Part shown: positions 14,001 through 26,800 of the stretch, piece by piece
Position numbering within the stretch: position 1 is the stretch's first letter
Layout of the letters: each line of letters opens with the position of its first letter
Assembly (NCBI RefSeq): GCF_963921235.1
Contig: NC_086110.1
Location: 868,001-932,000, forward strand
Source: Mobula hypostoma
Lineage: Eukaryota
Direction: 5' to 3'
Length of the DNA: 64,000 nt
The notes under the pieces: generated by a model
Told to the model about the DNA's origin: nothing
The model's input: the letters and a program-made list of their open reading frames with translations, nothing else
The model's database searches: none
Position numbers and translations under genes: made by a program

Positions 14001-17000
14001 CTTATAAACCTTTAGAAATTAATGAAACCTTCATATTAGGGAGGAAATGGTGTTGGATAGGCTGTTGGGTCTGAAGGCTGATAACTCCCCGGGACCTGAT
14101 GGTCTGCATCACAGGGTACTTAAGGAGGTGGCTTTAGAAATCGTGGACGCATTGCTAATTATTCTCCAATGTTCTTTAGATTCAGCATCAGTTCATGTGG
14201 ATTGGAGGGTGGCTAATGTTGTCCCTCTCTTTAAGAAGGGAGGAAGAGAGAAAACAGGGAATTATAGACCGGTTAGCCTGACGTCGGTGGTGGGAAATAT
14301 GCTAGAGTCAACTATAAAAGTTGAAATTCCTACAGATCTGGATAGCAGTAACAGGATCGGTCGGAGTCAGCATGAATTTACGAGGGGAAATCTTGCTTGA
14401 CTAATCTTCTGGAATGTTTTGAGTAAGTAACTGCGAAAATGGACAAGGGAGAGCTAGTGGATGTAGTGTACCTGGACTTTCCGAAAGCATTTGATAAAGT
14501 CCCACATAAGAGATTAGTGGGCAAAATTAGGGCACCTGGTATTGGGAGCAGAGTACTGACATGGATTGAAAATTGGCTGGCTGACAGAAAACAAAGAGAA
14601 GCGATTAATAGATCCCTTTTGGAATGGCAGGTAGTGTTCAGTGGGGTACCACAGGGTTCAGTGCTGGGACCGCAGCTGTTTACAATATATATTAATGATT
14701 TAGACGAGGGAATTAAAAGTAACTTTAGCAAATTTGCCGATGACACAAAGCTGGGTGGCAGTGTGAAATATGAGGAGGATGTTTTGAGAATGCAGGGTGA
14801 CGTGCACAGGCTGGGTGAGTGGGTAGATGCATGGCAGATGCAGTTTAATGTGGATAAATGTGAGTTTATCCACTTTGGTGGTAAGAATGGGAACGCAGAT
14901 TATTCTCTAAATGGATTCAAGTTAGGAAAGGGGGAAGTACAACGAGATCTAGGTGTTATTGTACATCAGTCACTGAAAGCAAGCATTCAAGTTCAGCAGG
15001 CTGTGAAGAGTGCTAATGGCATGCTGTCCTTCACAACAAGGGGAATTGAGTATAAGAGCAAAGAGGTCCTTCTGAAGCTGTACAGGGCCTGGTGAGACCA
15101 CACCTGGAGTACTGTATACCATTTTGGTCTCCAACTTTGAGGAAGGTCATTATTGCTATTGAGGGAGTGCAGCATGGATTCACAAAGTTAATACCAGGAA
15201 TGACGGGACTGTCATGTGTCGAAAGATTGAAGCGACTGGACTTGTATACTCTGGAATTTAGAAGGCTGAGAGGGGATCGTATTGAAACATATACGATTAT
15301 TAAGGGATTGGACACGCTGGAGGCAGGAAGCATGTTCCCGCTGATGCGTGAGTCCAGAACCAGAGACCACAGTTTAAGAACAAGGGATAGGCCATTTAGA
15401 ACGGGGTTGAGGAAAATCTTTTTTCACCCAGAGAGTGGTGGATGTATGAAATGTTCTGCCCCAGAAGGCTGTGGAGGCCAAGTTTCTGGATGCTTTCAAG
15501 AAAAAAGAAAACGGATAGAGCTCTTAAAGATAGCGGAATCAAAGGTCAGGGAATAAGGCAGGAACTGGATACTGATTGTGGGTGATCAGCCATGATCACA
15601 TTGAATGGCGGTGCTGGCTCGAGGGGCGGAATGGCCTACTCCTACACATATTGTCTATTGTTTATTGTCTATTTAAAAGTTGCTACTGTGAATCATATCA
15701 ATCGTAATCACAACACTATGTTAATGACATAGAAAGATTTTTATCACAGATAACTCTTCCAAAATTGAATTCGGAAGAACAGAAGGGATTAGATAAGCCT
15801 TTTACATTAAAAAAAAAGGTTGAAGAAGCTTTAGGATCACTTCAAAGTAATATTTCTCCAGTAGAGGATGGTTTTCCTCCTGAATTTTATAAAACGTTTA
15901 AAAATTTATTAATTTCTCCTTTTATGGAGTTAATATGGCAAGTGGAAAAAAAAACACATAAACTTCCAGAATCTTTCTCGACAGCGATTGTAATAGTATT
16001 GCCAAAAACAGAGAGAGATCTTTTAAAACCGGCATCACATAGGCCTATTTCTTGTTGAACACGGATTATAAAATAATAGCAAAAAAAAATAACTAGTAGA
16101 TTATCTAAGTATTTACCAAAATTAATACATATGGATCAAACTGGATTTATTAAAAATCGATAATCGGCAGATAATGTGCTCGGCTACTTACTATAATTGA
16201 TTTGGCACAAAAAAGGGAGGAAATGTGTATGTAGTAGCCTTGGATGCAGAAAAAGCATTTCATAAATTGGAATGGGATATTTTTATTTAAAGGTTTATAA
16301 AAATATGGGTTAGGAGTACCTTTTATAAACTGGATTAAAACCGTAAACACTAATCCTAACGCTAAAGTAGTGACAAATAGTCAAATTTCAACACCATTCC
16401 AGTTATAAAGGTTAACTAGACAACGTTGTCCATTATCACCTATTTATTTGTATCAGTGACAGAACCATTAGCAGAATTAATTAGAATTGATTCAGATAGT
16501 AAGGGTTTTAGAGTTAATAAGGAGGAATATAAGATCAATTTATTTGCTGATGATGTTTCGATTTATTTTACAAACCCACTGCATTCGTTATGTGAACTAT
16601 CTTCTAGATTGGAAGAATATGGGAAAGTATCAGGGTATAAAATAAATTGGGATATAAGTGAAATCTTACCTCTTACTAAAGAAGACTATAGTCAATGTCG
16701 ATTAGCAACTCAATTCAGATGGCCGATAAATGTTATAAAGTATTTAGGTATAAGACGTGATAATGACATAAAGAATGTATATATATTTAATTATTACCAC
16801 TATTAAAAAAAAAATCAGGAAGATCTTGACAACTGGATAATATTACCAATAGCATTAGTGAGTAGAGTCAATGCTGTAAAAATGAATATATTTCCTAGAT
16901 TACAGTATTTATTTCAAACATTAGCAATACAAGTGCCACAAACCGCCGCCCCCCCCCCCACCCCGCCACAGTTAAATAACTGTGTGAGGAAATTTCTTTG

Positions 17001-18431
17001 AAAAGGTAAGATGTCCAGAATATCGCTGGAAAAATTGACATGGAAATTTGAGTTAGGAGGGTTACAACTTCCAAATTTTAAGAATTATTATAAAGCAAAT
17101 CAACTTAGATTTATTGACGAAATAAAACACGCGTGGATTACAATAGAATTAGATAAGATAGAAGAAATAACACCCGTAGGTTTTACATATAAATGGGAAT
17201 GTAAATGGCTACGGAAAAAGCAAGAATCTCCTATATTAAAACATTAGATTGATCTATGGAATAAGACAAACGTTGATGATGAAATGAAGCAATCGTTATT
17301 ACACCTTTGTTCCAAAACAGACTTATTCCTTTTACAATGATAATCAACTTTTATATCATTGGTACCGAAAAGGGATTAGATGTATAGGAGACTGTTATGA
17401 AGAAGGTATATTGATGTCCTTTGAACAATTAAAGAATAAATATAAAATATCCAATAACACTTTCTTTGGTTACCTTCAATTAAGGGCTTATTTAAGAGAC
17501 AAACTGGGTCAAACAATGTTTTTGCCGAAACCTAATGAAATTGGAACTTTAATTCAAAAAGGAATTTATGTATAATCTGATTCAAAACCAGACACTTAAA
17601 CTAGGAATCCTTAAGTCACGACAAATATGGGAAACTTATTTGAGTATTAATATTGATGAAACAAATTGGTCAAGACTATTTCTTGACAGTATGACACATG
17701 CAATAAATGTTCGACTCAGATTAGTACAATATAAATTTTGCACCAATTATATGTTACACCGCAAAAAAAAAGATTAAATTCAAACTTATCTGATAAACGC
17801 TAGTAGTAGAAATTAGTACTTTTTAACATTCTACTTCGTCCTGTTCCCAAATTCAACCTTTTTTGGGATAAATTTAAGAGATTTATTGGAACAAATTACT
17901 GGAACTCAACTTCCACATAACCCTGTATTATTTTTATTAGGTGACATTGAAGGGATAAAACCGAAACTTCAATTGAATAAATACCAGAAAGATGTTATAA
18001 AAATCGCATTGACAGTGGCCAAGAACGCTCTTGCAGTTCCTTGGAAATCGGATTCGTATTTAAGTATGGATCGTTGGATAAATGAAAGTTTTAGCTGTAT
18101 TCCACTTGAAAAATGTACTTATGATTTAAGAGATAAATATGATACATTTTTGAATATTTGGCGCCCTTATTTACAAAAGATAGGTTGGTATTTATAGGTG
18201 CTCTGATAATGAAGATGTTGGTCCTTTGGGGAAAGAAACAAATAAATATATTATTTGTTTTTCTTTTCGAATCCCATGGAGCATGTGGAGACCTTCCTTC
18301 TTTCCTTGTTTTTCTTTTTCATTCTTGTCTTTTAGGTAGGGGTATGTATCGGGGGGAAGGGTTAAGGGGAGGGGGGAGGTTAGTTATTTCATGTAAATAA
18401 GTTTGAAAACTCAATAAAAATGGTAAAAAAA
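11025..18431 (+). mobile_element. Full-length L1/Tx1-clade LINE, decayed, bounded by 15-bp TSD
   Basis: TSD AACTATAAATTTGTA at 11010-11024 and 18432-18446. ORF1 remnants ~11200-12300, APE (FLSFNVNG...IAFLQET, 12791), RT (LFADDV, 16540), C-terminal region (18197), AATAAA plus A-tail at 18413-18431. Confidence 0.92.
14033..15672 (+). mobile_element. 5'-truncated CR1 inserted in L1 ORF2
   Basis: CR1 RT motifs ([27 protein letters not shown]) and (TATTGTC)n-like tail; L1 coding sequence resumes after 15672. Confidence 0.88.
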
Positions 18432-18509
18432 AACTATAAATTTGTAAACCTCCTCTTTTAAAAACATTATCCACTATCCTGTAAACAAGTCATAAGATTA
18501 TATTATACA

Positions 18510-18988
18510 TGTAACACGCCGCAAAAGGTTTCACTGCTAATATAATAGTCTTTCTGGGGATACAGAGTTTGTGTTAGGATGAGAAATAGCGGGTGCTTTG
18601 GAATGTGAGCTGGGTCCTTCGTTCGGTGGGATACGAAGAGAGAAGACGCTGGAGATAAGGAGAACTGGTCGTAGGATTCAACCCTGTGGAAGACCATTAT
18701 TCGATTGAACCAAGGGCGGAGATCAACTGAAGATCGGTGAATATGAATTTTGGGAGGAGTTGAGATCCAACTTGTGCACATTTGACTGTTAATTACAATG
18801 GGCCCTTTGGGTTTTCTTTGTAAATTTATTTTACTAACACTTTAGTTAAGTTAAGATTCATAAATATAATTAATTTTATCGCATGTAGTGATCTGTTTGT
18901 TATTTCATGGCATCGAGTTGTAAAAGGGTTGCAAATTACACAGCATCCACACAAACTGCAGCCAGTCAGGGGAGCAAGGCGGGTTTCA
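18510..18988 (+). mobile_element. Probable solo LTR
   Basis: TGTAAC...GGGTTTCA termini, ~480 bp, LTR-like composition; no matching TSD seen. Confidence 0.55.
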
Positions 18989-19904
18989 TATTGTAGAATT
19001 TAGATTATGTTTATCACAATATTCTTTGCTCCTTGATTGCATAAATTAATGCATTAGCCTTGATATAGTGCATATTATTTGCCCGTATATGTTATCCTAT
19101 GATGTAAGATGGCACTAAAATTCGTCGTAAAAAACATATACCTGTTGTGCAATCTTTTAATATGCACAATGAGAAATTGTCAGACAAGTAAAGGTCAGCA
19201 TGTAAAAGCCTATATCCGAAAGAACTGACAGGTACAGATGGAGATGTATTACTCCATGTTTGCACAGGTGCACAATCTTCACTGTTCCGTTAACAGAATT
19301 CAGTAGAACAGAGCTGCAGGCAGATTGTGGAAGGCTGCTAATTCATTGGGTTGTAGTAGTAGATTAGATGTTTTTTTTTTGTCCAATGTTGAGTGCGAGT
19401 TAATGCAAGGGAAATTCTAAACTGTATCAAAAATGTATTTTCAATCAGGTGGTAGGAGCTTTTTGAGGAAGTGGCATTACTCGTCTTCAAATGTGAGGAT
19501 GCAGATAGCCCATCATTGAATGGACTGTGGAAAAATCCTTAGGAAACTGTCTCCAGAGTTTGCTAAGGTTCAAGGTGGACAAGAAAATGACAGCGTTGTT
19601 CTCAGAGTTGGGGTAGAAACTGGGGGAATTAAGAATTTGCGGATGTAAGCCTCTACTCTGTAGAGCGAGAACTGCTGACGCTCAGATGTGGAAAGGAATC
19701 TTAAAGTTGAGTACGTTTATAGTTGATATATTCTGATTTCAGACTGACCGGTATGATGACAATAGCGGTTCATGCAGGATACAGAGTGAATGATTGCAGT
19801 AAAATGGGGCAGCCAGGTATAGGAATTTGTTGTCAAAGTAGTACAATGTGGACAAATTATATTAAGATAGGTAGACATTACGATCTACACGTAGAGCAAT
19901 AGTG

Positions 19905-20390
19905 AATAGACAATAGACAATAGGTGCCGCAGTAGGCCATTCGGTCCTTCGAGCCAGCACTGCCATTCACTGTGATCATGGCTGATCATCCACAATCAGT
20001 ATCCAGTTCCTGCCTTATCCCCATAACCTTTGATTCCGCTATCTTGAAGAGCTCTATCTATCTCTTTTTTTGAAAGCATCCAGAGACTTGGCCTCCACTG
20101 CCTTCTGGGGCAGAACATTCCACATATCCACCACTCTCTGGGTGAAAAGGTTTATCCTCAACTCCATTCTAAATGGCCTACCCCTAATTCTTAAACTGTG
20201 GCCTCTGGTTCTGGACTCACCCATCAGCGGGAACATGCTTCCCGCCTCCTGCGTGTCCAATCCCTTAATAATCTTATATGTTTCAGTAAGACCCCCTCAC
20301 AGCCTTCTAAATTCCAGAGTATACAAGCCCAGTCGCTCCAATCTTTCGACATATGACAGTCCCGCCATGCCTGGAATTCACCTTGCGAAC
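19905..20390 (-). mobile_element. CR1 3' end fragment
   Basis: Encodes EAGSMFPLMGESRTRGHSLRIRG...; (ATAGACA)n tail; same subfamily as 14033-15672. Confidence 0.85.
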
Positions 20391-20735
20391 CTGGTCAGTA
20401 AGCATATATCGCTGTGATATACATTACTAAAATTCCATAGAAGGCCAACACTGTATGTCTGATGTGTAAGAATGTGTAAAAGCGAATTTTAATCTGATAA
20501 TATTCGAAGCTCAAAAGCCTTTGAGCATCTGATTACAAATTCTCGTGGAATAGATTACTTCGTAATGCACAAAGCCCGTTCTAGCTGATGATATTCTGTC
20601 GAGATGTTAAAAATAATGACAGAACGATTACGATAAGGTGCAGGAAAGTCGAAGTTCACAGGCTAAAGCGAAAGCACTGCAAAATTTCTTCCATCTTTGC
20701 ACATAGTAACGCATTCATTCCTTGTTCACTTGTTG

Positions 20736-20864
20736 TTATTGACTGGTTTGCAACTTAGCATATTCTGAACGTTCGTCATTGCGTTCAAACTTTCTTGGCT
20801 TCTGTGAATCCGCCAATTCCAAAACGGCATATGTTGGATTATTATTGGCTCTCAATGTCCTTGT
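20736..20864 (-). CDS. Exon 7: terminal coding exon with NPTYAVL and ITIM SEYAKL, stop TAA
   Basis: Acceptor TACTTACAG|, 129 nt phase 0. Translates TRTLRANNNPTYAVLELADSQKPRKFERNDERSEYAKLQTSQ*. Confidence 0.88.
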   Translation of the reverse strand, partial: TRTLRANNNPTYAVLELADSQKPRKFERNDERSEYAKLQTSQ

Positions 20865-23800
20865 CTGTAAGTATTGAATAAAATAATAATTACTACATAG
20901 CAAATGTAAATTTAATCGTCGGCATATGCATTCGTAAGAGGCATGAACACGTGGTGTATTGGTTTGTTAAACTTTTGTCGATGTCATATATTCACCTTGA
21001 CATCAACATTGAACTTGTTTTATGCTCATCCTACCTGGATGTACAATACTGAATCATCTTGAAAGTGGGCCTCTTTTCGTTTCGTTGACTTGGACCAATT
21101 TATTGCACTGTATTGCACCATATCGTTTAGTGGAACCTAGAAAAAAAAACAGGAAAATGGTATGCTATATGTACTTTACTGCATAATAAATTTAGCAAAA
21201 TTCTTGCGCATACATAAAACATCAAACAAGCACTGTAATAGTTAAAACACTGAACATGGAATATACTAGAATGACATCAGCTGTATTATTCATTTGTCTA
21301 TATCGAAGATGCTATTTAGTGTGTTGGAAGTGTAGTGGCGGAATAGTTTGATGGGATGGACAACAGAAAATACCACAAAACATTTTCAAATGAAATGTAA
21401 AACGCGACGTCCTGCGAATATTTAGTATGTATTTCCCACTCCCAGATATGAAAAGAAACGTTTACTGTAGCGTGGTTATTTATTTTCCTTTTACTTAAAT
21501 AAAACAATGTGCCTGAATCTCGGGAAAAGAGCTATTTCATCTTTGGCTTCACAGTCGTACATTTATACAGGCGAAACATGATAGAAGGAATGACGAAAAC
21601 CTACCTGTCTTTCAACAGGTGGCGTTTGTTCCGTTGCTTCCCCCGTTCCTGCTAAAGAAATAATTGAAAACTTCACAATGAACTGTTGATCTTTTTGTTC
21701 AAAATTTAACTGATATGAATCACATTCAATTCAACGATGATGCAGAACACAATGGTTAGTTTACTAAATGGAAAGCTTTGTCTCATATCATTTTTTTTCA
21801 CTTTTTATTTAATTACAGCATACTCCCTGTACGGTGCTCGGTGAGTTCAGCTTGGTAAAATCTTTAATCAAGAAGTATATTCGTCTTTATTCATAATGGC
21901 TATATCTTTAGAACTAATAAAAGTAGGATTCGCCTTAGAAGATCTCTTCGTTCTCATAATTCCACACAAGATTAAGCAAATATACACCATGTGAAATGAG
22001 TGGGAGGAAAAGTTCTTTCTCTCAATCACGCACAAAAGTGAAATGGCATTTTGACTTTATTGCTAAAAGCAAGGGATCAAGAGAGTACCAATGCGACTTC
22101 TTTTTTGAGGAACAGCCCAGTCGCATTCCTGTATTACCTTCCACAATCAAGAAGTATAGCCGATACTACGATGTTTTGCAAATCTGTTGATACGTCTTTT
22201 GGCGCTGTAAAGTTTCGATACAACACTTAATTTATTCACATTAAGGAAACTAAGATCGTTGATAAGATCTCAATTTGATATAAATACTCTAAAGTTTCAA
22301 TCAACTGTGAATACTGGTATACCCCCATTCACGCAAATTTGTCAGTGATTAACTCAGCTGGAAATGCCATCGAAGGAGATTCCCGTGGTGGAGCTGACTC
22401 GTGCTGACAGATTACTAGGCTCAACATAATATGACATTTATTAGTCTAGTCTAGAAATTTATGATGCTTTTGCTACTTAATTCAAAACATGCTGTTTCGA
22501 AAATGTTGAGCATTTATTTCGTTCTTAATCGGACATCACATTCTGCAAAAGGAGAAAAAGAGTGGCTTTTTCTTTGTCTTCAACCAGGTGAAGTCAAGTA
22601 AAAAAATAATTATTGTGCCTATTCGTGTACTCATGACCTGTGATGGTGTCCCTTCGCCACCGTAGAATCAAATGTACATCAATATATTTCGGAGTTTTTT
22701 TGGATTGTTGATGTGCAGAACTACTCTGTTCCATAACATGGGACCTAAAATACTGCTTCCCTCTGATTAAAATTTCCATCATACAATTTTCCATTCTCTA
22801 TCTGTGGCTTCCTGCGCTGTTACAAAGAATCCAAATGCATACTTGGTAATTAGTAATTTATGCGCATTCCACTGGGAACTTAGCAACTTTCAGGGTTCAA
22901 TATCAAATTCCGATATTTTGAATAATTTTAATTTCGTTTTGTCATTAGGCACTAGAGGCGGTCGGTGGGACTAGGTGACAGTTAGCGTTTGGCATGGACC
23001 AGAAGGGCCGAGATGGCCTGTTTCCTTGCTGTAATTGATATATGCTTTTTTTTAATATGTTATCTTTAAGTGGGAATTACTGCAAAGTTTCTGATCTGTG
23101 ATATCGGAATTTTGTATGTGTTTGTTTACAGTAAAGAACCATAGACTTGTCTGTTGGGTATTTCAAATATATTTTGGATTTTATGATTTAGCAACAGCTT
23201 TGAATGCATTTCGTTTCCCTTTCCAATAATCCTCGTATCTCCGTCTGTCAGCCTTTCTGTCTATATATCTATGTAAAGTATGTATGCATTTATATATGTA
23301 TGCATGAATGTAAACATATAAATCGATCTAATCTATCTATCTATCGATTTGTCTTTCTGTTTATCTGTCAGTCTGTCTGTCTATCTGTCTTATCGATGGA
23401 ATGATCATTTAACTTGAATTGTCAAACAAAATTTTCTTTCTGCAGAATCCTGACGACATACTAAATATTGCTTATGTTTCTATTTTGAGGTTAGATCTAC
23501 GGTGCTGTATCTTTCAATCTCTTTTCAAACTTACTTCCTTATAAAAATGATGGCTGATAAAACACAGATCGGAAGGCTACCGCAATGTCCTAAGGATGCT
23601 ATTAAATATTCCCGTTTTGGCATTCCTTAAAGCATTTTCTCACTTATATGACGAAAATGTCTTGTTATTCAATCAAACGGTGCATCATTACCAATGGCAA
23701 ATACTCCTTACTCGCCGTTGCTTACAGCTCTTCCATTTATGATTTCACTGAATCGAAAGTTATTGATGACAGTGTGATGGGTTGAGTGTTGGTTCAACAG

Positions 23801-26800
23801 CTTGGAAAAACGAAGATAATTCAAAAGAGATGGAGAGTGCATGAGAGATTACTAGTCTCCAGAATAAACAAAAGGCAAAAAAAATGTAATACTTATACAT
23901 TTAATTTCTGATAACTAGCAGGCAAAATTTAATAAGGGTGATCAATACAAGACTGAAGGTCTTATATTTGAATCCACGTAGTATCTGGAATACTGTACAT
24001 GATTTTGTTGTGTAGTTAGATATCGGCAGGTATGGCGTTATGGGCATCAATGTGCCATGGCTGAAAAATCATTGTTGGAAGCTTAACAATCAATGATCGA
24101 TATTGTATTGCAAGGAAAGGAAAGTGGATAGAAGGGCTGGGTAGCTATCTTGATAACAAACGGCAATAATTTCCATTTAAAAAGCCCAGAACTTCAGAAG
24201 ATGTAGAATCCTTGTGGGTAAAGTTAAGTAAGGGCAAGGCTAGAAAGCATGATGTGTGAGTGATATCTAGGTATCTGAGCGGTTCAAAGGATGTGGGTTG
24301 CAAGTCATAACAGGAGAGAGAAAAGGCATGTTTAAAAGAAGGTGAAGATACTCATCTGAGATTTTAATATACAGGCTGAGAAAATCAGGTTGGTGCTGGA
24401 TCCCAAGAAAAGGAATTTTTAGAATGCATATAAGACAGCTTTTTAGAACAAGCTTTAGGAAAAGACAATTCAGCATCGGGTGCATTGAATTGAAGCAGAT
24501 TCAATTAATGGCCGAATTGTAAAGGAAACCCGGGGAGGCAGCAAGTATAGTATGATAATTTGAGAGGAAAAAGCTAAAATCAGATGTATCAGTATTACAG
24601 TAGAATTAAGGGATTTACAGTAGCATCGGATAAGAGGGGGTACTAGCACATATGACACCATATCGGCACCAATTGGTGTTGCTTGGAGCAATTCAGATGG
24701 TGAAATATGTATACATTCCAAAGAACATACTAAAGTGACCTTAGCTGGCAAGGCATTTGCAATACAAATGAAATTAAAAGAGAATGCGTTTAATATAGCA
24801 AGAAAAGTGCGAAGCTAGAGGATTTGGAAGTTTTTATAAACCAATAGAAGATAAGAAAAAAAAACAGGAAAGAAGAGAAAAGAACGAACATGAAGGAAAA
24901 CTGACCAATGGTAGTAAAAGAGGATACCGGCAATGTTTCGGATATGTAAAGAGTAAATGAGAACCGATAATGGTAGATAACAGCTGGACGAGGTGGACTA
25001 CATGTCTTTGTCCTGAAAGAGGTTGCTGAAGAAATGCGGGATATATTAGTAATGATCTTTAAAGAATCACTAGATCCTGGAATGCTTCCAGAGCATTATA
25101 TGAGTTCATTAGTTGGTAGGATGTAGGAACCGTTTACCTATTTATCTATCGATTTATTTATTTGTTTGTTTACTTTGTTTGTTTGTTTGTTTGTTTGTTT
25201 ATCTATCTATCTATCTGATTAACTGTCTATTTATGTATCTGTTTACTGAGATGCCGTGTGGACGAGGCCTTCTGTGTCATAAGGAGGTGGCTAGGAACGG
25301 ACCCAAGAGCAATTGGACCCACGGACACTGAAGTACTAGGGACAGGACTAGTATACAGAGCGAGGGCAAGGAGTTGGACAGGAAAACCGGGAACCAGGAG
25401 CAGGACTGGACAAGAGAGCTAGGAGCCCTTGTTTGGACTCCGAGCCAGAGACTGCACAAGGACACAGACTGGGTCTTGCCTCTGGCTCGAACCCCAGAAC
25501 TAGGCAATGACGAGGCTTTGCTGGCACGCAGAACGAGGCTGGAGTCTTCAGGCTTGAGGCTAGAGACTTGAGGCAAGGCTTGGCAAGAGGCAGGAGGCTG
25601 GAGTCTTCAGGTTTGAGGCGAAAAACTTGAGGCGAGGTTTGGCAGGTGGCTGGAGTCTTCAGGCTTGAGGCGAGAGGTTAAAGACTTGAGGCGAGGCTTG
25701 GCAGGATGCGGGATGCTGGAGTCTTCAGGCTTGAGGCTAGAGACTGGATGCGAGGGATGGCAGGAGGCAGGAGGCTGGAGTCTTCAGGCTTGAGGCGAGT
25801 GGTTAAAGACTTGAGGCGACGCTTGACAAGAGGCTAGACGCTGGAGACTTCAGGCTTAAGGCTAGAGGCTAGAGGCTTGAGTCGAGGCTTGGCAGAGTCT
25901 TCAGGCTTGAGGCTAGAGGCCAGATACTTTAGGCGAGGCTTGGCAGGAGGCAGGAGGCTGGAGTCTTCATGCTTGAGGCTAGAGGCCAGAGACTTTAGGC
26001 AAGGCTTGGCATGAAGCAGGAGGGTGGAGTCTTCAGGCTTGAGGCTAGAGTCTAGAGATTTGAAGCGAGGGTTGGCAGGAGGCTAGAGGCTGGAGATTTA
26101 AGGCTTGACGCTAGAGACTTGAGTCGAGGCTTGGCAGGAGGTTGGAGTCTTCAGGCTTGAGGCTAGAGGCTAGAGACTAGAGGCGAGGCTTGGCAGGAGG
26201 CAGAAGGCTGAGTCTTCACGCTTGAGGCTAGAGGCTAGAGAATAGAGGCGCCTCCTGGGCAGGGCACGGTACTCCTGCGCAGAGAGCAGTACTCCTGGAC
26301 AGGTCGCGGATCACCACCCGACAGAGGCAGGGGACAGGAAGGGAAAAAAAAACAACCGTAGGTAATGGCAATGCGGCCTCGCCTACCAGACAGAGGCAGA
26401 GGTTAGGAAGGGACAGAACCAACCGTAGGTAACGGCAACACGGCCTGGCTTACCCCACGGAGGCAAAGGACAGGAAGGGACAGAACCAGCTGCAGGCTAA
26501 TGGCAAGACAGCCTGACTTACCGGCGGAGGTAAGGGACAGGAATGGAGCTAAGTACGGGGTGGCTGCAGGACAAGACGGAAGGCGAGACGAGGCGAGAAT
26601 TAGCAGCAAGACCAGGCAAGGCTTCAGGCAATGCAAGGTGAAACGAGAAATTCAGGCAAGGCGACAGTTACCAGCAAGACAAGGCAAGGTTTCAGGCGAG
26701 GAAACAGAAGGCAGAGGAAGGGATACAATGAGTAAGGACAAGAACAATCTAGCAGCCACGCCCTGGTCTCTGAAGGTATATGTTCAACCAGCCCCAAAGA

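Noticed and set aside
21960-22260. Possible hAT transposase N-terminal remnant (EWEEKFFL...)
   Set aside because: Too degenerate to support without a profile search.
25538-26240. Regular repeat array as CRISPR-like
   Set aside because: Units are contiguous degenerate tandem copies with no unique spacers, inside a vertebrate LTR.
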